From: a virus
Virus record (IMG/VR): IMGVR_UViG_3300026233_000017
Length of the DNA stretch: 64,000 bases
Reading direction: 5' to 3' (one strand)
The translations under genes and the position numbers were made by a program. Under the pieces are notes generated by a model. That model did not search any database. It saw only the letters and a list, made by a program, of their open reading frames with translations, and was not told the origin of the DNA. Below, piece after piece: positions 27,139 through 35,916 of this stretch. The stretch's first letter is position 1, and each line of letters starts with the position of its first letter.

Positions 27139-27594
27139 TCAACGGGTCATGGGCATCTCGCGCCCCTGTTCGGCGTACCACCGCTCAGCGACGCTGGGTG
27201 TTTCGGAGCGGGGTGGCATGGTCTCTGGTAGCTTCGGCGAAAACCGAGCGGCGTCGAACTGTGCAAGGGGCGGCCCATCGACTGATGGACAGGGTCTGAT
27301 CAGCCACACCTGCTCATATTCAGCAATACCCGCATCGGTGCGGGCGCATACGTGGCCGCGCCATAGCATTGCATCTCCGAGGATGTCCAGAAGCACTGGC
27401 TCCCACAGGTGTGGACCCGGGACCATATGCGTGCTCCACTCAACCCACAGCGCCGCCTCTCGCATGCTGCGTCGGTTGTTGTTGGACCGCCCGTTCAAGT
27501 AAGTGATGCGCAGATCCCCCCGGACGGGAGCTGGCCAGTCTTTAGGCGCCAGACGGAGGCCAGCGCGACGGAGTTCGATGATTTCGCAGAACAC
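27139..27594 (-). CDS. Hypothetical protein (SOS operon gene 1), probably leaderless
   Basis: 151 aa; GTG abuts the SOS box, 6 nt downstream of a TATATT -10. Confidence 0.65.
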   Translation of the reverse strand: MFCEIIELRRAGLRLAPKDWPAPVRGDLRITYLNGRSNNNRRSMREAALWVEWSTHMVPGPHLWEPVLLDILGDAMLWRGHVCARTDAGIAEYEQVWLIRPCPSVDGPPLAQFDAARFSPKLPETMPPRSETPSVAERWYAEQGREMPMTR

Positions 27595-27609
27595 TGTTTG
27601 AATATACAG
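27594..27609. promoter_or_regulatory. LexA (SOS) box
   Basis: CTGTTTGAATATACAG fits CTGT-N8-ACAG; lies between divergent genes, one of them SRAP. Confidence 0.85.
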
Positions 27610-27676
27610 TGTTTTTTTGATGCTCGAAAGTTAGCATGTACTCCTGACAATCCCGGATGGTCATCAGGAGGTCATC

Positions 27677-28369
27677 ATCTGCAACCGATACAACACCCCA
27701 CGCGAGACCGAGATCGAGCGCGTTTTTCGGATCGGCCGACAGGCGCCGAACAGGTGGTGGAAGCCACACGTTACGCCGCTGGCGTTGGGGCCGTATATCA
27801 AGCCCGGTGGCGAGATTGAGGTGGGGCAGTGGGGGATGATCCCGCGCAGCTCTCCCACGCGCCGGCCGACTACCCGCGACGGGACGCCCATGTCAACGAA
27901 CAACGCCCGGCGCGAGACCATCGCGAAGTCTTGGACGTACGCGCCTGCATGGCGAGCCGGCCAGCGCTGTCTGATCCCCGCCGAGTCGTGGATCGAGCCG
28001 TATTGGGGCCTCGGGTCGCGCAATGTGTGGTGGTCGTTCCAGCGCGCGGACGGGCAGCCGGCGGCCCTGGCCGGGCTCTATAGCGAATGGACGGACCCGG
28101 AGACCGGGGAGCTTGTCCCGAACTACACCATGATCACGCAGCCTGCAGACGGCGACCCAGTGCTCGCGCTGATGCACCGGCCCGGCAAGGAAAAGCGCGG
28201 CGTCGTGATGCTTGAGCAGCAGGACTGGGATGCCTGGCTGCACGGAACGGCCGCCCAGGCTGATGCGCTGATCAGGCTGCCGCCGCTCGGCGTGCTTCGG
28301 AGCGGAGCGGAAAAGCCCGAGGATGAGAATCTGCTGCCCTCAGACCAACTAGCGTTACTTAAACAATAA
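27677..28369 (+). CDS. SOS response-associated peptidase (SRAP/HMCES/YedK family), ATC start
   Basis: (I)CNRYN N-terminus, 'NNARRET', 'RCLIPAESWIEP', 'ALAGLY', 'MH...KRGVVML'; AGGAGG 5 nt before ATC; no in-frame ATG upstream. Confidence 0.8.
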   Translation: MCNRYNTPRETEIERVFRIGRQAPNRWWKPHVTPLALGPYIKPGGEIEVGQWGMIPRSSPTRRPTTRDGTPMSTNNARRETIAKSWTYAPAWRAGQRCLIPAESWIEPYWGLGSRNVWWSFQRADGQPAALAGLYSEWTDPETGELVPNYTMITQPADGDPVLALMHRPGKEKRGVVMLEQQDWDAWLHGTAAQADALIRLPPLGVLRSGAEKPEDENLLPSDQLALLKQ

Positions 28370-28408
28370 CTAGACGCGGTTCTTTCTCGATTTTGTGAGG
28401 TCCTCTTG

Positions 28409-28510
28409 TAAGTTATTGATGTAAAACGATGAGAATGGATTGCAAATCCGGTTAGACCAGTTCGACTCTGGTTCGCGCCTCCAAGAATATTAAAGAAAAT
28501 CAAATACTTA
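28409..28510. promoter_or_regulatory. Inverted 12-mers flanking att core (putative integrase/accessory binding sites)
   Basis: TAAGTTATTGAT (28409-28420) and reverse-strand TAAGTATTTGAT (28499-28510), 10/12 match. Confidence 0.5.
28437..28483 (+). other. attP core = 3' half of tRNA-Cys(GCA)
   Basis: GGATTGCAAATCC anticodon arm, T-arm GTTCGAC, acceptor 3' GCGCCTCCA; 5' half absent. Confidence 0.88.
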
Positions 28511-28511
28511 T

Positions 28512-28533
28512 AAGGCCCTTCGGGGCCTTTTTT
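28512..28533 (+). terminator. Terminator supplied downstream of restored tRNA
   Basis: AAGGCCC-TTCG-GGGCCTT then TTTT. Confidence 0.85.
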
Positions 28534-28659
28534 CATTTCCGGCACGATTCAATATAGGCTCAATCGATCTCAAACCGCGCAGAAACTGCGGTCGAACCAC
28601 GCCTAATTTGCATAGTTTGTCGATGAGGTGAGTACACTCCGGCCGAACTTCACAGGGAG

Positions 28660-29874
28660 GTGAGTTTGTCGAGTGTGCGCAAAACGCCCCGAGGGCGATA
28701 TGAGCTGACGATTCGCAGCAAGCTGCTGCCGAAGCCGGTCTATATGACGTTCGACGACCAGGCCGAGGCTGAGCAGTACGGCCAGCAGGTCGACCAGCTG
28801 CTCGCTGCCGGGGTGGTGCCGGCGGGCCTGGTGCAGCAGACGGCTTCAGCCCCGAAGCCCACTGAGCGGCTGCGATTCGTGCTGGTGGCTTGGATCAACA
28901 CAGGCCAGCCGGCGGCCACCGACATCCCGGTCCTCGAGCTGCTGGTCGATGAGGTGGGCAAGGTGCTGATCGCCGACCTCACCTACAAATGGGCCGAGGC
29001 CTGGGTGCGCAGCCTCAAGCTGGAGCGCAATTTCTCGCCGGGCACCATCCGCAAGCGCGTGGGCTCTCTGTCACGCTGCCTGGATTGGTGGCTGCGGCAG
29101 CATCCCGACGCCATGGTGGGCAATCCGCTGCGTCTGTTGCCAAAGGGTGCGGCCACATACACCCCGAAGGACCGGGCCGACATCGAGGCGCTCAACGCTG
29201 CGGCCGGGGACCAGGCCAGGCCCAAGGTTGCCAAGGAAGATGTCCAGCGCGAGCGGCGGCTGCTGCCTGGCGAGCTGGAGCGCATCGAACGGGTGCTGGC
29301 CGGCGAGCGGCGGCCGGACCGCGAGCGCACCATCAAGCTGGACGATGCGCCAGCCCTGCGCGCAATGTTCCTGCTGATCCTGTACACCGGACTGCGGCTG
29401 CGCGAGGCCTATACGCTTCGGCGTGGGCAGTTCGGCCTGGCGACGCGGGTCATCCGCGCCAAGGCTAGCAAGCAGTGGCACGGAAAGGTCAAGTACCGCG
29501 AGGTGCCCATTCGGCCCGAGCTGCTCGGGGTGCTGGAGGCCTACCTGCAGGCCCTGCCGGATGATGGCGAGCAGCAGCTGGTGTTTCCGTGGTGGACGGG
29601 GGAAGAGGATGCGCAGGAGCTGGCCAGGGTCTCGTCGCGGCTGTCCAATCGGTTCGCCAGCCTGTTCAGCTATGCGCAGTGCGACGGTCTGACGGAGCAC
29701 GACCTGCGGCATGAGGCGACGTGCCTATGGTTCGAGATGCGTACCAAGACAGGGGACTGGATGTTCCGCGAGGCAGAGATTCACCGCATCATGGGCTGGG
29801 CGCCTGGCAGCAAGATGGCTCAGCGGTACGCCAGCTTCCGTGCGGAAGATCTGGCGGCCCGGATGTGGTCTTAG
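28660..29874 (+). CDS. int: Tyrosine integrase
   Basis: 'YTGLRLRE', 'HDLRHE', 'MGW', 'QRY'; SD GGAGG; adjacent to attP. Confidence 0.93.
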   Translation: MSLSSVRKTPRGRYELTIRSKLLPKPVYMTFDDQAEAEQYGQQVDQLLAAGVVPAGLVQQTASAPKPTERLRFVLVAWINTGQPAATDIPVLELLVDEVGKVLIADLTYKWAEAWVRSLKLERNFSPGTIRKRVGSLSRCLDWWLRQHPDAMVGNPLRLLPKGAATYTPKDRADIEALNAAAGDQARPKVAKEDVQRERRLLPGELERIERVLAGERRPDRERTIKLDDAPALRAMFLLILYTGLRLREAYTLRRGQFGLATRVIRAKASKQWHGKVKYREVPIRPELLGVLEAYLQALPDDGEQQLVFPWWTGEEDAQELARVSSRLSNRFASLFSYAQCDGLTEHDLRHEATCLWFEMRTKTGDWMFREAEIHRIMGWAPGSKMAQRYASFRAEDLAARMWS

Positions 29875-30248
29875 CAGCCGGCCGCAGCCAGCGGCGGCAG
29901 GGGAGGTGGCACGCGCCGTTGGCGGCCACGCGGCTTGGGGGTAGCGGTTGGCAGGAGTACTGCCGGCGGTGCGACCGCAGGGGCTGCAGACGCGGCCTGT
30001 GCGGCCTTGCCGCGCCGCTGAGCTACGCCGCGTGTTGCCTCCAGTTGGGCGCGCCTTGCGGCCGCTTCTTCGAGCGCCATTTCATTCAGGCGCTCGAAAA
30101 GGGCCTGGCGCGGAATGATCCAGCCACGGCCCACTTTGAGGCCGGGCAGGTCTCCGCACTTCAGGCGCGCCGAGGCTGTTTCCTCGTCGCAGTCGAACAT
30201 CGCGGCAAGGTCTTCGACTGTGAAGATTTCAGTGTCAGCGCTGGTCAT
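29871..30248 (-). CDS. xis: Excisionase-like HTH protein
   Basis: 'FTVEDLAAMFDCDEETASARLKCGDLPGLKVGRGWII' MerR-like HTH, convergent with int. Confidence 0.75.
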   Translation of the reverse strand: MTSADTEIFTVEDLAAMFDCDEETASARLKCGDLPGLKVGRGWIIPRQALFERLNEMALEEAAARRAQLEATRGVAQRRGKAAQAASAAPAVAPPAVLLPTATPKPRGRQRRVPPPLPPLAAAGC

Positions 30249-30648
30249 CGCTGCGTGCCTCCAGTGCGTGTTCTGGGACGTTGAAAAACTGCAGGCGACC
30301 CTTCCATGGCACGAAGGGCATAGGTCGGCTGTCGCGCAGGACAAAGCCAAAGCTGCCCTCCTGTTTCCACTTCGACGTGCTGTGCTCCACGCAGTCCACG
30401 ATGCGGGTCCAGCCAACCAAACCGCCCCGCTGCAGCTCCTCGTACGCAGGAAGCCCGCTGGCGGGAAGCATGCCGGCGTTGCCCAGCTCCTCGGTGATCT
30501 GGTCGTAGTAGGCCCGGGTCATCGTGAGGCCGGCGTGCACCAGCACGTTGCCGCGAAACGTGGTGTTCCAGTCGCGGTTTTCGATATCCTTGTGACCGTG
30601 GACGATGAGCCAGGCCCAGGGTTGGCGGATGCTCAGTGCGGGGATCAT
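30235..30648 (-). CDS. ASCH domain protein
   Basis: 'ALSIRQPWAWLIVHGHKDIENRDW', 'KGRLQFF'. Confidence 0.88.
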   Translation of the reverse strand: MIPALSIRQPWAWLIVHGHKDIENRDWNTTFRGNVLVHAGLTMTRAYYDQITEELGNAGMLPASGLPAYEELQRGGLVGWTRIVDCVEHSTSKWKQEGSFGFVLRDSRPMPFVPWKGRLQFFNVPEHALEARSDDQR

Positions 30649-32450
30649 GCTGCTTTCCTCAGTGCTGCTCGGCTGTTCCAGTTCGCCGCGATGACGGCTC
30701 TGCCCAGCGATGGCGGCACGGCGTTGCCGCACATGCGCACCTGGGTGGTTTTGGAGAAGACGCGGCCGTCGTGCCCACGGTCGATGACATAAGTGCGGGG
30801 GAAGTCGTTGGCGTTGTAGAGTTCGCGCGGCGTGAGCATGCGCAGCTGGATGTCCACGACCACGTAGGGCGTGCCGCGCAGCCAGACCGTGACCAGTGCC
30901 AGCCGATCTTTGGTGGTGCTGGTGGCCATGGGCTCGCGCAGCTCGCCGAGCTGGCCGCCCTGGCCGTAGTAGCGGATCAGGAATGCAGCCACGCGCAGTG
31001 CACCGACCTCTGCCTCGGGTGATAGGTGGTACTCGACCAGTGCGTGGTGTTCCGCGCCGGCAGTCACTGCGGGCACTGGCTCCCGCATTTCCTTGCCGAT
31101 GCAGTTCCTGCGCATCGTGGTCAGGTGGGCGGTGACGACGCGCTGCTGCGATCCGCTGGCCGTGCTGGTGGTCATCGGCGAGCGGGCATCGTGGGCCGGC
31201 GTGGCATTGAATCCGCCGTTCGCCTGTTCGACAAATGCGGCCACGGCTGCGAACTTGCCAGCGCCCACCACGGTGCCCATGGGCTGCTCCAAGTCCAGCG
31301 CGCGAGGGGCCTGGCCATCAAGCTCGCCGTAGCCCATCTGCACCATGGTGCCCACGGCCAGCGCCTGACCGCCGCCGCTGGCCGTCACGGTGCCCACTGG
31401 CTGGTGCACATCCTTGGCCCCGTAGCTCCAGCGTGGCGCGTCCGGCGTGCCCTGGCCGTGGCCGGCCTGCACCATCACAGGGGCAGCAACCGCATGCGAT
31501 CCACCACGCGGCCAAGCCGTGACAGTGGACAGCGGGTCTTTCGCGCTGGACAGTCCATGCCGTGACCAGTTTGCAATCTGCACGATGAACGGGTCCGCAC
31601 TGTCCAGCACGTACCGCTTCATGCCGTGGGCGATGCGCCGCATCGTGGCATCGGCCAGCGGCTTGTCGCGCTCGAAGATGCTGCGGCCCTGGATGTTCCA
31701 GTCGATGCACTCGGCGGCCGACCGCCAGCGCTTCTGCCCCTTCTTCGGTTCCTTGAAGTGCGTGGGCTCGGGCCATTGGATGGGCGCGCCGTCGCAGCGG
31801 GCCACCATGAACAGGCGGCTACGCGTCGTCGGGGCGCCGTAGTCAGCAGCGCAGAGCACGCGCCACTCCACGACATAGCCCAGGCGCTCCAGCGCTCGCA
31901 CGAACGCTCGCCAGGTGCGGCCGACATGCTTGGGGTCGGGCACCAGGTGCTGGTCGTGCACCGGCACGCGCTCGCCGGGTGCGGCCACGGTGCCGTCCAG
32001 TTTCACGACTCTGCGCGTCTTGGGGCAGCGCTTCGCAATAAGCGGCCCCCACAGCAGGATCTGCTTGACGTTCTCCAGCGTGATGATGCGCGGACGCTTC
32101 ATGCCTGCCCAGCGCACGCCGATCCAGGCCAGGCCGCGCAGCTTCTTGGAACGCGGCTGGCCGCCGCGCGCCTGGCTGTGATGGGTGCAGTCTGGCGACA
32201 TGTGCAGAAGGCCCACCGGCCGGCCGCGCGTGGCCTTGCGCGGGCAGACCTCGAACACGTCCTTGCGGTAGTGCTCAGTCTGGGGATGGTTCGCTTCGTG
32301 CATGCTGCACGCATCGCTGTCGTGGTTGACGGCGATGTCCACATGTCGCCCGATGGCCTGCTCGATGCCCTCGGACATGCCGCCGCCGCAGGCGAATTCG
32401 TCTACGACCAACTCGTCTTCGAGGCCCAGGATGAATTGGGGGTTTTGCAT
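30645..32450 (-). CDS. DNA cytosine-C5 methyltransferase, orphan
   Basis: 'DEFACGGG', 'SPDC', 'ENV', 'R.R.F', 'GNAV'. Confidence 0.9.
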   Translation of the reverse strand: MQNPQFILGLEDELVVDEFACGGGMSEGIEQAIGRHVDIAVNHDSDACSMHEANHPQTEHYRKDVFEVCPRKATRGRPVGLLHMSPDCTHHSQARGGQPRSKKLRGLAWIGVRWAGMKRPRIITLENVKQILLWGPLIAKRCPKTRRVVKLDGTVAAPGERVPVHDQHLVPDPKHVGRTWRAFVRALERLGYVVEWRVLCAADYGAPTTRSRLFMVARCDGAPIQWPEPTHFKEPKKGQKRWRSAAECIDWNIQGRSIFERDKPLADATMRRIAHGMKRYVLDSADPFIVQIANWSRHGLSSAKDPLSTVTAWPRGGSHAVAAPVMVQAGHGQGTPDAPRWSYGAKDVHQPVGTVTASGGGQALAVGTMVQMGYGELDGQAPRALDLEQPMGTVVGAGKFAAVAAFVEQANGGFNATPAHDARSPMTTSTASGSQQRVVTAHLTTMRRNCIGKEMREPVPAVTAGAEHHALVEYHLSPEAEVGALRVAAFLIRYYGQGGQLGELREPMATSTTKDRLALVTVWLRGTPYVVVDIQLRMLTPRELYNANDFPRTYVIDRGHDGRVFSKTTQVRMCGNAVPPSLGRAVIAANWNSRAALRKAA

Positions 32451-32452
32451 GG

Positions 32453-33253
32453 TCAAGGCTTCACTTCGCCTGCTGCCAAGGCTGCGTCACGGTCCAGGCG
32501 CTCCAGCTCGGCGATGATCAGCGCGCCAGATTTCACCAGCTCGCGGCGGCGATCACCCGGCTTGAACGAGGTGGGAAGCCAGCTAAGGGGCCAGAGGCCC
32601 ATGTCGTTGGCGTCGAGCGCAAACCGAGTGAATGGAGGGGTTGCGTACCAAGCTGCTGCGAGTGCGAGTTCGGAACCCTGATACACGTCGTCATGCTTGG
32701 TGGAGCAGCCTTCAGCGCTCACTTGGCGGCGGCGCTCGTCGATCACATCACGCTCGGCTTTGCTCCTCAGCGTCCGGCGTGTAACCACTGCCGGCTCAGC
32801 GGGCGCAGCAGGCGTCTCAGGGCTCGCAACCTGGGCCTTGGCCGATAGCTTGATCAGTTCCTCGGCCAGCTTTTTGATCTGGTCGAGCATGGCCGTCGCG
32901 TCCACGCTGAAGCCCGGTGCGGAGTGGCGGCTGGGCTCGGTCTGTGCGTCGACGCGCGCCGGGGGGCAATCTGTGGGCGCGGGCTTAGCAGGTGCTGTCT
33001 GGATGGCGAGACGCAGTTCGGCCACGCGGTCATCCATCCATCCGTCCCGTGACAAAACGGCGAACAAGCCTTTCTGCCGAGACCATTCGGCGATGACGGC
33101 CTCGCAGGCCGCCACTAAGCCATGGGTCTCAGCACATGCAGAAGGCGCCGTGGCCAGAGCTTCCTTCCACACGATGTTGGCGTTATTGCGGTGCATATGG
33201 CAGTTGAAGCCGGCCAGGAAGAAGTGGCTGTCACGATCAGAAGTTGTGGTCAT
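32453..33253 (-). CDS. Conserved phage hypothetical protein
   Basis: C-terminal 'DVIDERRRQ...DD...ELALAAA..WP..W..FKP..RRELVKSGALIIAELERLDR' module recognisable from temperate phages. Confidence 0.65.
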   Translation of the reverse strand: MTTTSDRDSHFFLAGFNCHMHRNNANIVWKEALATAPSACAETHGLVAACEAVIAEWSRQKGLFAVLSRDGWMDDRVAELRLAIQTAPAKPAPTDCPPARVDAQTEPSRHSAPGFSVDATAMLDQIKKLAEELIKLSAKAQVASPETPAAPAEPAVVTRRTLRSKAERDVIDERRRQVSAEGCSTKHDDVYQGSELALAAAWYATPPFTRFALDANDMGLWPLSWLPTSFKPGDRRRELVKSGALIIAELERLDRDAALAAGEVKP

Positions 33254-35403
33254 TGGCGTGCCTCCTGTTGCTCGGTATTGATGATTTCCAGCTCGGTGTA
33301 GTCGGCGCTCAGGTTCCAGCGCTCGGCCGCGTCCAGGGCGTCTTCGTTGAGCAGGTCGACCTCGGGATCGATGGGCAGCTCGATCAGCCACGCGCGGTCG
33401 CCGAGGCGCTCGGTGACCATGGCCAGGCGTCCCCTGGTGGGCAGGAGCTTCTTGCCGGGTCCGCGCAGGTCGACGCGGATACGGACCTGCTGCAGCGGTT
33501 CAATAGAGTTGGGCGTGGTGACCTCGGCGGCGGCCATCGCGTCGGCGATCGCGCGGCTGGCCTCTGAGGCAGTGGCCTTGCCCTTCTTGAGTTTGGGTGT
33601 GGCCTTGTCTGTGGGTGCTGCCTTGCCTGCGCGTGCGGCGGCCTCGGCTTTCATCTCGTCTTGCACTTGGCTTTGGATCGACTCGAGATCCACGTTGGAC
33701 AGGTCCACCAAGTCCTCGAGGAGTGGATCTCCCTGGTCCAGGCCGAGGGTGCAGCCCATCATGAGCATGTACTGGATCTGAGCGGGTAGATCCTGCTCCG
33801 CGAGATCCTCCAGGGCATTCTCTAGATCCATTTCTGCCCGACCATCCTTGCCGTCCACCTGGAACATGCGGTACAGGAGGCGAGGGGGGGTCTGGACGGC
33901 CAGCAGTTTCAGGATCTGCAGGGCAATGCGGCTGGGAATATGGTCCAGCCCTTCGGGCAGGCACTGCAGGAGCCCGTCGATCGTTGCCTCCGCCGCGCGC
34001 TCGCGCCAGCGCATTTCGTACTCGCGCTGCAGCGCTTCCCGCGTGGGCTCGGCTGGTGGCTCGGCCTGGGCCTTGGCCGCCGCCTGGCGCTCGCCCTTGA
34101 CCTTCACGGACGCGCTGGCGGTGTGCGTTGCCACAGCCTCCACCAGGTTGCCGCTGGGCGCCTCGATCAGCACCACGCTGGCCGCCGGAACGTCCTGGCC
34201 GAGCACCTGGCGCACGGGCGCGCTGCTGCCCTGGCTGGGCTTGTCCAGCAGCAGGTAGCCGCGTGGCGCACCGTTCTCGCTGGGCATGATGTCGCGGGCC
34301 TGGCGGCCGGTGATGATCTGCTGCCCGCGCTGCTGGGCCTGGGCTTTGACGCGGTCGAAGTGGGCCTCTTTTTTGTCGGCAAAGCAGGCGGTGTCAGTAC
34401 AGACGTCTGCATCGCTCTTGTCCCATAGCTCGGGAGACGCGCCTGTGTGCTTGGGGCAGACCGTGCACGCGCCGGCAGCAGGGCACAGGGTCGCGTCGTC
34501 GAGCGCGAAAGGGGCCTGGTCCAGCTTGAGCATGTAGCTGCGGCGTGCCAGGTCCAGCGCGTTGCGGTAGCTCATGGGGCCGTTGTCAGGGCCGCCGGTG
34601 AGCACGCGCTGCGTGTACTCGGCCTGGATGGCCTGCGTGGGCCGCTGGGCCACCAGCAGGGCCACGCTGCGCGTGAGCGTGCCTGCCTTGAGGCCGGTGA
34701 TGGCCTCGGGGCACAACGTCAGCAGACGCAGGGACTCGAACACATGGGTGCGGCTCTTGCGCAGGGCCTCGCCCGCTGTGTCGGCATTCATGCCGTGGTC
34801 TTCGACCAGGCGCTGCACGCCCAGGGCTTCGTCCAGCGGGTTGAGGTCAATGCGGTGCAGGTTTTCGATCAGCTGCATCAGCTGGGCCTGCATGTTGTCC
34901 GCATCCCGCTCGACGATGGGGACGGCACGCAGGCCGGCGATCTGGGCGGCGCGGTAGCGGCGCTCGCCGGCGATGATTTCGTGCGTTGCGTGGCGCGTGG
35001 CCGCGTCCTCGAAGGTGTCCTGCAGGCGCTCGGCCGGCAGGCGGCGCACCAGCAGTGGCTGCAGCACGCCGTACAGCTTCATGGTGGCGGCCATGTCGTG
35101 CAACGCATCGTCCTCGACCACGCGGCGATTGGTGCGGCTGGGCACGATCTGGATGATGGGCAGCGTGGGGTGCTGGCTGGCTGCATCAGCGGGGCCGCGA
35201 TCGTTCACGACCTCGAAGGCATCCATGGGCAGGTTGACAAGGCTGTCGCCCACGGCGATCTGATACTGGCGCCCGCCGGGCGTCTTACCGATCACCTTGC
35301 CGCGCTGGCCGGCCTGGGGGTGGGGCTTGCCACCCTTGCCAGTGGCCTCGGCGCTGATGACGACATCGCGGTCGATCAGGGGGTCTTTACTTTTGGGAGC
35401 CAC
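33250..35403 (-). CDS. Large ParB/Spo0J-domain protein
   Basis: 'GVLQPLLVR', 'IIAGERRYRAA', 'ENLHRIDLNPLDEA'; Cys cluster. Confidence 0.85.
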   Translation of the reverse strand: MAPKSKDPLIDRDVVISAEATGKGGKPHPQAGQRGKVIGKTPGGRQYQIAVGDSLVNLPMDAFEVVNDRGPADAASQHPTLPIIQIVPSRTNRRVVEDDALHDMAATMKLYGVLQPLLVRRLPAERLQDTFEDAATRHATHEIIAGERRYRAAQIAGLRAVPIVERDADNMQAQLMQLIENLHRIDLNPLDEALGVQRLVEDHGMNADTAGEALRKSRTHVFESLRLLTLCPEAITGLKAGTLTRSVALLVAQRPTQAIQAEYTQRVLTGGPDNGPMSYRNALDLARRSYMLKLDQAPFALDDATLCPAAGACTVCPKHTGASPELWDKSDADVCTDTACFADKKEAHFDRVKAQAQQRGQQIITGRQARDIMPSENGAPRGYLLLDKPSQGSSAPVRQVLGQDVPAASVVLIEAPSGNLVEAVATHTASASVKVKGERQAAAKAQAEPPAEPTREALQREYEMRWRERAAEATIDGLLQCLPEGLDHIPSRIALQILKLLAVQTPPRLLYRMFQVDGKDGRAEMDLENALEDLAEQDLPAQIQYMLMMGCTLGLDQGDPLLEDLVDLSNVDLESIQSQVQDEMKAEAAARAGKAAPTDKATPKLKKGKATASEASRAIADAMAAAEVTTPNSIEPLQQVRIRVDLRGPGKKLLPTRGRLAMVTERLGDRAWLIELPIDPEVDLLNEDALDAAERWNLSADYTELEIINTEQQEARQ

Positions 35404-35632
35404 GGCTGGCCTCCTTTTCGTTGAGTTGCTGCACGCGCTCGGCGGCTACCTTGCGGCGCGCGTCGAGCAGCTCGGTGGGCATGGGGTCGAATTGATCGCA
35501 CTGCGTTGTGGCCGCGAACGTGTGGCCTGGTGCGTACCGCTTGCCGCAGTGGGCGAAGCCCAGGCGCACCATGCGGGCGTCGCTGGTGTCGGGCTGCCAG
35601 TGCGAGCAGGCCCTGCAGGCGGGCTTGCTCAT
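35387..35632 (-). CDS. Small Cys-rich (possibly Zn-binding) protein
   Basis: CxxC..W...C...C; coupled overlaps. Confidence 0.55.
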   Translation of the reverse strand: MSKPACRACSHWQPDTSDARMVRLGFAHCGKRYAPGHTFAATTQCDQFDPMPTELLDARRKVAAERVQQLNEKEASRGSQK

Positions 35633-35916
35633 GAGTGCCCCCGGGGGTACACGCGCTTGCCGCTGATCAGGCTGGGCAGCTTGAAGGCGTCCATGGCGCC
35701 CGGGTGCACGGAAGGCTGCAGCTCCGTTGCCACCAGGGTGCCCTTGGTGGTGCTGGCCCGGATCGGTTGCTCGCGCACGGGGGTGGTCACGCGCTCGCGC
35801 ATGCGGCGTTGGCGCAGCGCCTTGGCGGATGGCACAGGCTCTTGCGCAGAGTCGATGGCACGGCGATTTGTGCCAAAGCCGGCGCCGTGGTTGATGGGGG
35901 TCAGGGCGGGTTTCAT
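35629..35916 (-). CDS. Hypothetical protein
   Basis: 95 aa, ATGA-coupled. Confidence 0.55.
   Translation of the reverse strand: MKPALTPINHGAGFGTNRRAIDSAQEPVPSAKALRQRRMRERVTTPVREQPIRASTTKGTLVATELQPSVHPGAMDAFKLPSLISGKRVYPRGHS

Noticed and set aside
27785-28369. ORF-track start (TTG) for SRAP
   Set aside because: Would remove the catalytic N-terminal Cys; the family signature CNRY and the SD lie 36 codons upstream.
28420-28483. Complete tRNA-Cys gene
   Set aside because: 5' acceptor strand and D-arm are absent; only the att core is present.
33250-35403. Plasmid-prophage partition system
   Set aside because: No ParA; integrase and attP are present.
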